Assembly: GCF_009914755.1 (NCBI RefSeq) | Contig: NC_060935.1 | DNA from: the human T2T-CHM13v2.0 reference genome, Homo sapiens | Strand: one strand, 5' to 3' | DNA: 64,000 nt | Notes under the pieces: model-generated | Databases searched by the model: none | What the model was told of the DNA's origin: nothing | What the model saw: the letters and a program-made list of their open reading frames with translations, nothing else | In this document: positions 44,828 to 58,584 of the stretch, piece by piece | Position numbering within the stretch: the first letter of the stretch is position 1 | Layout: every line of letters starts with the position of its first letter | Translations under genes and position numbers: made by a program

Positions 44828-45609
44828 CTGACTTGCATTCCAAGTACAATAGTTCTTTCAACAGAGCCAGTAGTCTTTTTCTTCTTGGATACTGCCATCT
44901 TCCTCTCTCCATAATGCTGAAATTTTGGTTACAGTGCCCTTAGAAAAAGATTCCCCCTCTCTTCTATCAATAGACAGATAACTTTCCTCCTCAAGTTCTT
45001 GCCTTGCCAATGCCTCCCTCTCGTGTTGATTTTCCAGTATTAGTTGGCCAACAGGGTCTGCTTCTTCCTCTCTGGGTCCAACTTGGCTGTTTTAGATATG
45101 GTTGCTTTTCAGAGGTCAAGCATCTCTGACTTGAAGAAGTGCACAGCTGAACAGATGGGTTTAAAAAAACTTGAGATTATTTCACTCTCCAGAATCTCCA
45201 AGTCATTTTATATGTTATTTCTAGGCCTTCCAAATACTACTATGCCTGGCATGAACCAAAACATTTCTTCCATGAAAATGACTGCCTTGTCAAGCTAAGT
45301 GCACATTCTGTCAATTGTCCAGCTTCATGCCAGCAGAGGGCAGGCAGGACAGATAATGTCCACAGACAATCTCTGATCCTCAGGTTACCTAATACATATG
45401 TTGATCCTGTACAGAGTAACTCTGGGAATTGTATCAAGATTGTTAACCCTTGGCAAAAGGGTCTATTTGTCTTATCAAGGCATAAATTGATTAGCTGCCT
45501 AAAAGCTCTGGTACTTGTAGAATTTAGAAATTTTTTTGTATTAAGCTTTCTGGAAAGAATTGTTTTTCCAAGCCCATCTGATCCCCAGAATTTAAACCAA
45601 TAATTTAAC

Positions 45610-45780
45610 ATCTTGACTAAGCATCAGAATCATACCTGCAGCTTATTAAAAATGCAGATGCATAATCCTCATTCCAGACTTACTAAAGAAATCACCTGAG
45701 TGTTGGGCCCGAGTATACCTGTAAAAGCTGTATACATTGTTTTGATATATAATCGGAATTGAGAATTCCAGATTTCCAAC
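45610..45780. mobile_element. MER5-type hAT-Charlie fragment
   Basis: GCATCAGAATCATACCTGCAGCTTATTAAAAATGCAGAT...TTGAGAA. Confidence 0.6.
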
Positions 45781-48287
45781 CCTGGGGAAATAAAAAGCAT
45801 TGTTTAACCACTATTGGCTGCTTTGTGTTGTTGGCTTCAAAGAACTGTTTCAATAAATGTCAGTCTGAGGATCTTAACAAGATTTATTCAGTGTTAAGTA
45901 CCGAAAATGATTTTCCTTATTGGTTAGCTTATTTATTTATTTATTTATTTTATTTATTTCTGTGGTGCTGCTGTTTGTTTTCAGTCTTTAAAATGGCGAA
46001 GAGTTGTTAAGTCATGCTGTAGTATATTTCCATTTGGCTCTGTTGTGTACATTAAAGCTCCCCTCAGATGGGTAGAAAGGATGATAAAACATATTTAGAT
46101 AGCATCTCTGCACTCCTTGATAAAAACTGTAATTTTGGCTGCACTACTCAATGGGTGGTTGATCACCACACTTACAGGGCTCAATAAAAGCTCGAGGTTT
46201 AAGTAAGAGGCCTGAAATCTTGGAAGGGAAAGTTGTTCTGTTCCAGAAGATTGCATTGGACAGAGTCTCAGTGAAATCCTGCTCAGAGTATCCAAAACAT
46301 GGAGACCATGCAACTGTTTTCAAGATGGTAAAGAAACTGACTTACTATAAAAATAATAACTTTGTGAAGAAATATAGGCAGGTATCTGAGAGAATGAGGG
46401 AAGGTAAATAGCTCTAAGGATGAGGCAACAAATTTATTAAAAGTCTGGGTTCTGGAAGGAGAGGTAGTTAGGAGTTTCCTGCGAAGGCTATGATTAGTCA
46501 TTACCAACTAAAAATTACTGGGCCAGCTTTGCCAGCAGGCATTTGAAATTGTACATTCTATTCAGTATTGTAAAGATGGTTTAATGTAAGAACATCAATG
46601 CACATAATATACTATATCAATAGGGAAAGCCAGATTTATAAGACTTTAATAGTTTGCTAAAAGACATTTGCTAAAAGTAATTTACTATTTTTTAAAATAT
46701 AACAAAAATAATAGTTTTCCACAATATAATAAAGAACAACTAAGATTATGTCAATCAGTGCTGACAAGAGTATACGATGAAACAGGCACTTTCATTAATT
46801 GTTTGTGTCAATGTAAACTGGTTCAAGAACTTTGAAAAATAATTGAATCTATATATTTCATGAGACAGATAAACTTTGACACATTAATTCAAATTTTGTC
46901 ATTCTTTCTTAAAAAAAAAATCCAAAATGATGATAAAAGCTCCAAGCACAGAGATACTAATTTGAGAATTATTTATTAAAATAAAATTAGAAGTAACTAT
47001 ATGAGGGATATCCAAAATGTCTGAGTGTGCCTGCCTTAAGTTTAAACAAAATTTTTGCATGCATATCTTTTACATGTCCAGTTATTTATGTGTAAATTAT
47101 ACACATGTACTGATGTGTTAATATATTCTATTACATGATAATATATATTATATAGGCATACACACAAGAGAAATTGAAAAAGGATGAATTAAAATGTCAT
47201 CAGTAATATTTTTTGGTTAGGACATAGTGATTGAGTATACCTTCTATTTTTGAAAATGTTGATTTAATATTATCTATTGCAGCAATTCCATGGTCTTCAT
47301 TTAAGACCACTGTTTTTAATACTTTTTAAAAATCAAGCTTATTTTGACAAAATTTGCACAGTCAAATTCATTCTTTTAAAGAATACAGTTTAATGAGTTT
47401 TGACAAATGTATGTAGTTCTCTAACCACTACCACAATCAAGATAAAGAATATTTCCCTAACCTCAAGAAGTCTCCCTGTTCCTCTTTTCAATCAATTTCC
47501 TGCCCCTAACCCCAGCTCCTGGCAATTACTCAATTTCTCTCCCTATAATTTTTTCCCTTTGGTTTTCACAAATCTAACAAAAATAATGAAAAGAGTCTTC
47601 CTCCATATAATAAAGAGCAACTAAGATTATGCCAATCAGTGCTGATGAGAGCCAGAACTTTTCCTTTTCCGGAGAGTCTTATACATTGTAGCACTTTTGT
47701 ATCTGGCTTCTTTCATGTTGCATAATGCTTTTGAGGTTTAAACATCCTGTTGAATTTATCGGTAGTTTATTACTGTTTTATTTATGGGTAGTATTTCTTA
47801 TATAGATATACAACAATTCATTCATCAGTTGATGGATATTCTGGTTGTTTGCAGTTTTGGGCTATTATGAATATGACTGCTATAAACAATTGTATACAGT
47901 CTCTGTGTGAATATATGTTTTAATTCTCTTGGGTAAATACCTAACAGTGATATTTCTGCTTATATGGTAAGTGCATGTTTTCTAAAGTGGGCAAACCATT
48001 ACATATCACCACCAGCAGTGAATGAGCATCCTAGTCTTCCACATCCTCACTAGCACTTTATATATCCAATAAAAGTATTTTTTTTTTTTGGTCATTCTAG
48101 TAAGTCTGTGTTATGGGCTGAATGGTATCCCTCCAAAATTCATATGTGGCAGTCCTAACACCCAATACCTCAGAGTGTGATCTTATTTGGTGATAGGGTC
48201 TTTAGAGAGGTAATCAAGTTAAAATGAAGTTACTAGTGTGAGTCCTAATCCAAAATGACTGGTCTCCTCATAAGACGAGAAGATTAG

Positions 48288-50408
48288 GGAAGCACGTAGA
48301 AGAAATAAGTGAAGCAGAGCCAGGAGATGGTTCCTGGGGAGATGTAAGGCCACCAGAGAAAAGTGTCCAGGAAATAATGAAGAAGGAAGATGAAATACCA
48401 AAACCTAAATCTGTGGTTGTGTCACCATGCACTCCTAAAAGGCACTCAGGCCTGTAATCCTAGCACTTTGGGAGGCTAAGGTGAGAGGATTGCTTGAAGC
48501 CCGGAGTCCAAGAGCAACACCCTGGGCCACACAGCAAGACCCCATCTCTTAAAAGAAAAAAAATACTGGTGCATGGCACATGGTGGTGTGCACCAGTAGT
48601 CCCAGCTACTCCAAAGGCTGAGTTGGGAAGATCGTATGAGCCCAGGAGTTCAAGGTTACATTAAGCCCCTCATGCCACAGCACTCCAGCCTGGGTAACAG
48701 AGAGAGGTCTTGTCTCAAAAGAAAATGCAGTGTACATTGCACATGTAGATGCTGGCAATTCAACCACTGGAAGACAAATACTGTATTTGACTGAAATGGG
48801 TGAAAACAGGGTATTTGAAATGTATGAAACAGAAGTTAAAAAAGAAACAGAGAAACTTAGTACTTGTCTTGACTCTTAGACACAAATCAGGAAAATTGAG
48901 ACAAGGATAAAATAATAGAAGCGGGTTTTGCCTATTTTGAAACTGAAAATAAATATTTTACAATTCTAGATGCCTCTGGTCACAAGAGCTTCATCCCAAA
49001 TACAATTGGTGGTGTCTCTCAAGCTGATTTGGCTGCGCTGGTAATCTCAGCCAGGAGAAGAGAGCTTGAAATTGGATTTGATAAAAGGACAAACAAGAGA
49101 ACGTGCAATGTTAGCAAAGGCAGCAAGTGTGAAACACTTAATTCTATTTATTAATAAGATGAATGATCCAAGAGCAAATTGGAGCAATGAGAGATATGAA
49201 GAATATAAAGAGAAACTAGTGCCATTTTGAAAAAAGTTGGCTTCACTCCCAAAAACTGCATTCACTTTATGCCTGCTCAGGACTAACTGGAGGAAATTTC
49301 AAAGAGCAATTGAATTTCTGTACTTAGTACATTGGATTACTGTTTATTACATATCTAGGTAATTTGTCAGACTTCAATAGATCAGTTGCTGTACCAATCA
49401 GGCTGCCAATTTTGGGTAAGTACAAGGATATGGGCACTGTTGTCCTGGGAAAGCTGGAATCAGGCGGTCTGTTTGTAAAGGCCAGCAGCTTGTGATGATG
49501 CCAGAAAAGCACAATGTGGAAGGTCTTGGAACACTTGCCAATGATGTAGAAGCTGATACTGTAGCCCCAGATGAAAAGCTCAAAATCAGACTGAAAGGAG
49601 TTGAAGAAGAGGAAATTCTTCCAGGATTAATACTTTGTGATGTTAATAATCGTGGTCATTCTGGAGGCACATTCGGTGCTTAGATAGTGATTACAGAGCA
49701 TAGATCTGTCATCTGCCCAGAATTTAATTCAGTGCTGCAAATTCACACCTGTATCGAGGAAGTCAAAATAACAGCCTAAATCTGCTTGGTAGATAGAAAA
49801 TAAGACTCAACCCTGTTTTGTGAAGCAAGATCAAGTATGCATTGCTCATTTAAGGAGAGCAGGAACCATCTGCCTTGAGACCTTTAAAGACTTCCTCAGG
49901 TGCGTCATTTTACCTTAACAGATGAGGGCAAGACTTGCAAATGGAAAAGTTCTAAAACTGGTTCCAGAGAATAACTAAGCATTTTCTTGACGATCTTGCA
50001 CAATACTGTGAGAAATATTGACTGCAAAAAGCCTATCACATATCACCTTCTCTAATTTTCTGCCCATTGGTTAACCTCTCCCCATATTTACAAAGTGAAA
50101 ATTCACAGCAAAAGTCCACATTGTGTCACTTTCTTATATTGAGAGTTCTGCTATGCCACTGTTGAATTTTTAAAATATTTTCCCTCCTTTTCATACTCTG
50201 CTTCCTTGGATGGATTTGGCAATAGCTTTGTAAGTCATCTGGACATAATTGCCTGTAATAATGAAAACCCTACAGCAATTTGTTTTTCATTTTCTCCTTA
50301 GGCATACTCAGTACTTTTCCCCCAGGCAGATCATTCTGAGTGTGCAAGGATGTGTGCACATGTTAGAAAGACAACTACCATTTTAATAAAGTATTCAATT
50401 TGAAAGAA
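48288..50408 (+). pseudogene. GSPT1: Processed, 5'-truncated pseudogene of GSPT1 (eRF3a translation release factor GTPase)
   Basis: Intronless, with HVEEISEAEPGDGS...EIPKPKSVV, HVDAGNST, ILDASGHKSFIPNTIGGVSQADLA, LFINKMNDP, KHNVEGLG...LKIRLKGVEEEEILPG and KVLKLVPENN* (stop 49976-49978). The 3'UTR has AATAAA at about 50385. A degenerate TSD reads TAAGACGAGAAGATTAG/TAAGAGAAGATTGATTAG. Residues KPKSVV, YIGL and DTVAP favour GSPT1 over GSPT2. Many stops and frameshifts. Confidence 0.93.
48441..48722 (+). mobile_element. AluJ inserted in the GSPT1 pseudogene
   Basis: Highly diverged dimer with J-type GGATTGCTTGA and GAGCCCAGGAGTTCAAGGTTACA; splits the APKK/EHVN region. Confidence 0.88.
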
Positions 50409-50994
50409 ATAAGAGAAGATTGATTAGGACATAAACGGTTACAGAGGGATGAACTTGTGAAGACACAGGGCGAAGACGGCCATCAATAAGCCAAGGGGAG
50501 AAACCTCAGAAAAAAACCAACCATATCAACACATTGACCTTGAACTTCCAGCCTACAGAATTGTGAGAAAATAAATTTCTGTTGTCAAACACATCTAGTC
50601 TGTGGTACTTTGTTATGGCAGCCCAAATAAACTAAAACAGTAAAAAAAAAAAAAAGATATTTTATTGAGTTTTATTTAAATATCCTTAATGATTAATAAT
50701 ACTGAGTATTTTTGTGTTCATTTTGCCATCTGTATCTCTTCTATAGTAAACTCTTCAAATCTTTTGTCCATTTATTAAATTGAGTTTTTTGTCTTTTTAT
50801 TACTGATTTCTAAGTATTCCTTACATATTCTGGATACCGGTCCTTTATGAGATATGTGCTTTACAAATATGTACTCCATATTTGTGGCCTGTCTTCTTAA
50901 TAGTGTCTTTTGAAAGAGAAATTTTTAAATTTTGATTAAGTTGAATTTATTATTTTTTCATTTATAGTTTATGCTTTTCATTGATGTTATTTTG

Positions 50995-51410
50995 ATTTTT
51001 TACAACTTTATTGAGATACAATTGATGCAAAATAAACTGTACACATTTTAATCGTACAATTTGATAATATGTGACACGTATACATCTTTGAAAGAATTAC
51101 CACCGTTAAAATGATAGACATTTCTATCACTCTCTTCAAAATAAAATTTCCTCTTGTCCTTGTGCAAACTATCCCTTCCTTCGTCCCACTCCCAGGCAAC
51201 TAATGAAATTCTTTGTCACTATAAATTAGTTTAAATATTCTAGAATTTATATGAATTAAATCACACAGTACGTACTTTTTTTTGCATAGCTTCTTTCATT
51301 CAGATAAGTGATTCTGAGATTTATCCATGTTGATATGTATATCAATAATTCATTCCTTGTATTCCATTCATTATCATAAATTGTTAATCAATTTACCTTG
51401 GCTGACATTT
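50995..51410 (-). mobile_element. L1MB/MC 3' end fragment
   Basis: ACAACTTTATTGAGATACAATTGATGCAAAATAAACTGTACACATTTT...GAGATTTATCCATGTTG. Confidence 0.7.
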
Positions 51411-54137
51411 TAATGCTTGTCATACTTGAAAAATTTACTACACAAAGACATTGGCTGAAAGGGAATGCAATATTGACCTCACTTATTGAATTGCGCTACT
51501 AGTTTTTCAAACTCTCTACCACAAAACAAAGACAACTGGTTTTGTTAAAATCTCAATCTGTCCCCATGTCAGTCTGTTGACATTACGAGTTAAATAGATA
51601 ATCTAAGTATGTTATATCCAACTGTAGCTCTTTATTGAAATTTTTTTAACTAAAATATTACTAAGTGGGTTACAAAATTCTGCTTCTGTTTTAAGCACAT
51701 AGAGAAGAGAGATTTTACAAGTGACACATTTATATTTTGGGCATTAAAATCACGTAATATGAAAACATTTCAAAGCAATCTGTTTTTAAATGTTCTCTCC
51801 TTTGCGACATTTTCTTCCAAATAGTAGCAGCTACTTTTTCATTTATTGGTAAAATATCTTCAAGTTAAATATTTAGTGTTTGTTTTTCTGAAAATTTCTG
51901 TTAGCTAGCAGAATATGGGTGTGAATTTGTCATTACAGAAATTAAAAACAAAATGAACGTGTGCCTTTTTGAAAAAGGAAAATGAACAATGCACCTTTAT
52001 GTTTGCTTGGCAAATCTCTTAGGTACTTGGCACAAAATGACCAGAAAACCTTTTTAGGATATAAAAGATTTTTAAGGTCATTTCTTATTTATTTCATTAC
52101 ACAATATTGTATGACACTATAATTTGAGGATCTCTTAAAATACATAAAATTAACCATACCAATAACATTCTGTAGCACTTTATGCATGTCTATTTTCAAC
52201 TTCTGTGCCAAAAAGACTAATAATCCAATAAATTAATTTCAAATGTGCTATTGCACCTGTAATTTTACTTAAAACAATTTTGTAAAGGAAACTGAACTTA
52301 AATCAGTTATATCAAGATTACATTTATATGGTTTTTCCATAATGTAATTTCTACTTTGATAATATATCTTCTTCAGTACCTTTAAATAGCTCAGAAAAAG
52401 CTGTTTCATTATTAAAACAGAACCCAGAAAATACCATAAGCTGAGACATTACTTTTAATTGTAATTTCAGCCAACTCTATAGCAAACCTCCCACATAATA
52501 CTCATTTTTTCAATTCTTTAGCAATGTTTTCTATGAATATTCCAACACTAATTACGGACAAAAAATTGACCACATTATTTTCTGCTTATTTCATTTTTTA
52601 AAAATCCTGACACGACAGTGAATGATGTGCTTTCTTAATGATAGTATATTTTGTCTTTGTTATTAAGCACAAAACCTAGAAGAAGGTTCTAAACTTTATC
52701 TTCAAATTGGTGTAATTTTGTAAATACAGAATTGGATTTTACATGATTATAAATACTGGTGGGGAAATGTAGAAGTATGTCTTGTATCTTCAGAGTATAG
52801 ATGCTTTTTAAAAAGAAAATTCTGACTAATTGTGATGGCTTCATTCTATCAGTCAGTACTTGGAGGTATAATAAGTACTCAATACACATAGAGGTTTATT
52901 GTGGTGGTAGATATAATATAAATCCATCTTTCAGGCAGTCTTCTTTAAAAGTTAGATTTTTTTTAAGCTAAATTTTTGTTAGTTTTAATTAGATCATTGT
53001 TGGTGATTATGTCCGAAATGAGTGGTGAAGAGCTTATACTAGGAGCGAATTGTCAGTCTTGCCATTAATAGTTGACCACAGATCTAGACCTTCAATAGTG
53101 GAGAAAGGTATATTCATTTACTGGCATCCTATTGAACCAATAAAACAATAGGTATGTTGCTACATAAAGAAATGTGTAAAATAAAGTGCTAATTTATAAA
53201 ATTTTACAGTCACCATAGTAGAAACTACCTAAAAAAGACAGGAATAGAATATAGAAAAATAAAAAGAGCTCTATAAGGGTGTTCAGATTAAAGATAATTT
53301 GCTTTCCTTTAGTAGCCAGAATGTTTATATTGTTTTTATTTTATTGTTTAGAATTATAAGAAAACACATTTGTATCATATTTATTTCTTTTTATCCCTAC
53401 AAAAATGCTCGAATTTGTGTGAAAGTTAATTTAGTTTCTGTATACAAGTGCTAACTTCCTTACTCTGACAAATACAAATTTTATAGTTTCTTTCAATTAT
53501 TACTAATTTGATGGGGAAGAAAATTTATCTTGCATTTTTTGCATTTCTATGAATTTTTGTGAAGTGTTTATAAATTGTCCATTCGATTTCATCATTTATT
53601 GATTACTAGGTTATGAGAGGCTTCCTTTGATCACTCTGTTCCACGTAATTACTTCTTCCTTCATGCCAGTGCCTGGCTTAGGTTTTTATTTTCCATAGTA
53701 CTTACCTGTCTTATATTATGTGTTTTTTTAAATGTATTCTTCTATTTTCTTCAGTGCTGTCAACATTGAATAACAGCTGCCATAGATTAGATAGTTGACA
53801 AATAATTGTTGAATGAATGAGTAATAAATGTCCTTTACCAATTTTTCTAATACTGTTGATATTTTGTGTATTAATCTGAAAGGTCTCTTTCTGTATTAGA
53901 GAGATAACATTTAAGCCTATGTTACAAATATATTTTTCAATTTGTAATAGACTTTATTTTTTATTTTATTATTTATTAACTTTGATAAAAAAGAAGTTTA
54001 ATACAGTTATCTAGTTAAATGCATTATCTTTATGGTTTCTGTATTTGATGTTTTGCCTGGGGATACTTTCTTCTCCCTCCTTCCTCTCTCCCTTCCTCCC
54101 CAACTCCCCTCCTTCCTCTCTGTTTTGTACTCCCTTC

Positions 54138-54139
<2 letters not shown>

Positions 54140-54181
<42 letters not shown>
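54140..54181. repeat. (GT)21 microsatellite
   Basis: Perfect GT run. Confidence 0.97.
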
Positions 54182-54184
<3 letters not shown>

Positions 54185-54868
54185 GGTGTGTTTCAGCCAT
54201 GGAACTTAGTGTGGCATAGGTGAAATATAAGGACCTAATTTATGGAGACTTCACTTTACCAGCATCACTTGCTATTTAATTAGTCTTTGAAATGCTGCCT
54301 TTATGGTATACTAAGAATTCATTTAGATTTGCTTCTGTTTCTGGGCTTTCTCTACTCTTCCATGAAGCTACCTATTTGTAGCAGCAGTTTCATTCTTGCT
54401 TAGTGTAGTTTTCCTGTATTTTTGAATATTTCATGGATAAATTCCCCTTCCATTTTTTTCAAAATAATATTTTGAATGTTCTTTTTACTTTTATTATTTC
54501 TGATGAGCTTTGGAATCCTTTTTTCCATGAAGATATACATATCAGTTAGAATAAATTTTGTATGCCTGAAATAGAAATTTAAGCCTTTGGCAGAGATTGC
54601 ACTCTGTGCCCTTAGGCTTTTAGACTAGGGACCACCCTCTGTTGCTACCCCTAAGAACCATGTTAGGAATGAATCACTGTGAGCTCATTCTCTAAGACAT
54701 GACATATTCTACGGGGTTTTTTTTTTAATGCATTTGTTTTTTAAACTGATAAACTTTCAGGGTTCAGTGAGAGGTTTTTAAATTGAGATTTTAATATTTT
54801 TAGTAGGTGCCTATTCTTGTTTTTTAAAAGAGGATTTTGAAAACTCTTTTTCTTTTTGCTCCATTTTA

Positions 54869-56516
54869 TTTTATTTTATTTTATTTTTATTGATCATTCT
54901 TGGGTGTTTCTCGCAGAGGGGGATTTGGCAGGGTCATAGGACAATAGTGGAGGGAAGGTCAGCAGACAAACAAGTGAACAAAGGTCTCTGGCCTTCCTAG
55001 GCAGAGGACCCTGCAGCCTTCCGCAGTGTTTGTGTCCCTGGGTACTTGAGATTAGGGAGTGGTGATGATTCTTAATGAGCATGCTGCCTTCAAGCATATG
55101 TTTAACAAAGCACATCTTGCACCACCCTTAATCCATTTAACCGTGAGTGGACACAGCACATGTTTCAGAGAGCACAGGGCTGGGGGCAAGGTCATAGATC
55201 AACAGGATCCCAAGGCAAAAGAATTTTTCTTAGTACAGAACAAAATGAAAAGTCTCCCATGTCTACTTCTTTCTACACAGACACAGCAACCATCCGATTT
55301 CTCAATCTTTTCCCCACCTTTCCCCTTTTTCTATTCCACAAAACCGCCATTGTCATCATGGCCCGTTCTCAATGAGCTGTTGGGTACACCTCCCAGACGG
55401 GGTGGTGGCCGGACAGAGGGGCTCCTCACTTCCCAGTAGGGGCAGCCGGGCAGAGGCGCCCCTCACCTCCCGGACGGGGCGGCTGGCCGGGCGGGGGCTG
55501 ACCCCCCACCTCCCTCCCGGACAGGGTGGCCTGCCTGGCGGGGGCTCACCTCTACCTCCCTCCCGGAGGGGGCGGCCTGCCGGGTGGGGGCTGACCCCCA
55601 CCTCCCTCCCGGACGGGGTGGCTGCCAGGCGGAGATGCTCCTCACTTCCCAGACGGGGTGGCTGCCGGGCGGAGGGGCTCCTCACTTCTCAGACGGGGCG
55701 GCTGCCGGGCAGAGGGGCTCCTCACTTCTTAGACAGGGTGGCTGCTGGGCGGAGGGTCTCCTCACTTCTCAGATGGGGTGGCTGGGCAGAGACGCTCCCC
55801 ACCTCCCAGACGGGGTCGCGGCCGGGCAGAGGAGCTCCCCACATCCCAGACAATGGGCGGCCGGGCAGAGACGCTCCTCACTTCCTAGATGGGATGGCGG
55901 CTGGGAAGAGGCGCTCCTCACTTCCTAGGTGGGATGACGGCCGGGCAGAGATGCTCCTCACTTTCCAAACTGGGCAGCCAGGCAGAGGGGCTCCTCACAT
56001 CCCAGACGATGGGTGGCCAGGCAGAGATGCTCCTCACTTCCCAGACGGGGTGGCAGCCGGGCAGAGGCTGCAATCTGGGCACTTTGGGAGGCCAAGGCAG
56101 GCAGCTGGGAGGTGGAGGTTGTAGCGAGCCGAGATCACGCCACTGCACTCCAGCCTGGGCACCATTGAGCACTGAGTGAACGAGACTCCGTCTGCAATCC
56201 CAGCACCTTGGGAGGCCGAGGCTGGCGGATCACTCGCGGTTAGGAGCTGGAGACCAGCCCGGCCAACACAGTGAAACCCCGTCTCCACCAAAAAAACACG
56301 AAAACCAGTCAGGCGTGGCGGCGTGCGCCTGCAATCGCAGGCACTCGGCAGGCTGAGGCAGGAGAATCAGGCAGGGAGGTTGCAGTGAGCAGAGATGGCG
56401 GCAGTACAGTCCAGCTGCGGCTTGGCATCAGAGGGAGACCGTGGAAAGAGAGGGAGAGGGACACCGTGGGGAGAGGGGAGAGGGGAGAGGGGAGAGGGGA
56501 GAGGGAGAGCCTGAGC
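54869..56516 (-). mobile_element. Full-length SVA (SVA_C/D-like)
   Basis: On the minus strand: CT-rich head, antisense Alu-like region, GC-rich VNTR (about 55390-56060), SINE-R (TGATCATTCTTGGGTGTTTCTCGCAGAGGGGG) and a (TAAAA)n tail. Perfect 17-bp TSD CTTTTTGCTCCATTTTA at 54852-54868 and 56517-56533. Confidence 0.97.
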
Positions 56517-57477
56517 CTTTTTGCTCCATTTTAAATAAACTACAGTTGATGGCCTAGTAAAAGGCACAGGTGTGAGGATGGTATATCCTTGTGGAAAAGC
56601 TTTGGGATGCCTGGTCTTCTTGCTGGGTAAGAAGCACTGTGTGCTTCTTACATCCCCAAAGCAGATCCCTAACTCTGGTCCCAGATGAAGGCTTTCCTGC
56701 TAAATGCAGCAGTCAGGAATGGTTACAAGGGACACAGTACAACCAGTCACTAACTTATTACTCGAGACATGCAAAACAACTAGTCCCAGTGTTCTCTGGC
56801 AAATTTCATCCACAGTATATTGTCTTGCTTTCACTTTTAAGGTTCAGTCTTAAAACTACAGGAGCACACACTACAGAATGTTCTTGCTGAATTAGCTGAC
56901 CAAGGGAAAGGGGATAACAATATGTCCCTGTCTAAGTGGATTTAAGGTATCTGTATTCAAACTCTTCAAATCGTTTGAGCCTTCAAAAGAAGGGACAGCC
57001 TTGCCATTGGTCAGTATATCTTGTCATTAATTATGACATGGTGGTTTCTTTTGTTTGGATCTCTCTTTGAGACAGAGATTATAAATACGATTACACAACT
57101 TTCAAAATTCTGTCAACAGTTTTGTTTTAGATTGAGCTACTATCTCCTGAAGCTGTAAGTGACATTCTGAAATTTCCTAATCAAATGGGCCTATGGTTTG
57201 TGGATTTGCTTTCTCACACTGGCCAAGTGACATAAAAGCACTTTGCCATAAGGGGTTTTTAAAAAGTCTTACATAGTCATCCTTTTCTGGCTTTCCTTCT
57301 ACACAAAGGCCTGAGAGAGAAAGCAATGGCAGTACAAATGAATGAAATTTAATAGATTGTTTTAATTTAAGAGCAACAATTCCTCTGGAAATTAATCACA
57401 TTGGACTGAATGTGAGCTAGGAGAGCAGCAGGACTTATTTCCCAGTCTTGAAAGGATAAAGTTAAAATATGTCTGGA

Positions 57478-57826
<349 letters not shown>

Positions 57827-58093
57827 TCATTGCTCATTAACATAAGATACTCCCACCAAAGCTTGACAATTTATATTTGTCATGTAAATGACCCAGCAGG
57901 ATGGCAATGATCCAGAAATTACTAGCCCCTTTTCTAGAGACTTCTGAATAATCAGCCTCTTAATTTGCGTGTAATTAAAAGTGAATGTAAATGCTGCTAA
58001 CCAATAGCTCACAAGTGCTGAATCTGGGTCACTACCTATGGGTTGGCTCTGCTTTGCAAGGAGCAGCTCTTGTTGAATAAAAGTTGCTGTCTA

Positions 58094-58584
<491 letters not shown>

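Larger units (their letters stand above)
48109..50639 (+). mobile_element. MLT1B-type MaLR LTR split by the GSPT1 retrocopy (48109-48287 and about 50409-50639)
   Basis: TGTTATGGGCTGAATGG...CCTAATCCAAAATGACTGG, then GTGAAGACACAGGGCGAAGACGGCCATC...GTACTTTGTTATGGCAGCCC...CTAAAACA. Confidence 0.88.
47330..50990 (-). mobile_element. Old L1M (MC/ME-type) 3' region, interrupted by MLT1B at 48109-50639
   Basis: Antisense L1 3' text runs up to GTCATTCTAGTAAGT and resumes after 50650 (TATCCTTAATGATTAATAATACTGAGTATT; ATATTCTGGATACCGGTCCTTT). Confidence 0.75.

Noticed and set aside
48288-49978. Functional eRF3 retrogene (GSPT2-like)
   Set aside because: 5' truncated, an Alu sits in the coding region, the P-loop lysine is lost (DAGNST) and there are multiple stops and frameshifts.
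55372-56124. 250-aa G/R/P-rich ORF and overlapping ORFs
   Set aside because: They lie wholly in the SVA VNTR and Alu-like region; GC-rich repeats lack stops by chance.
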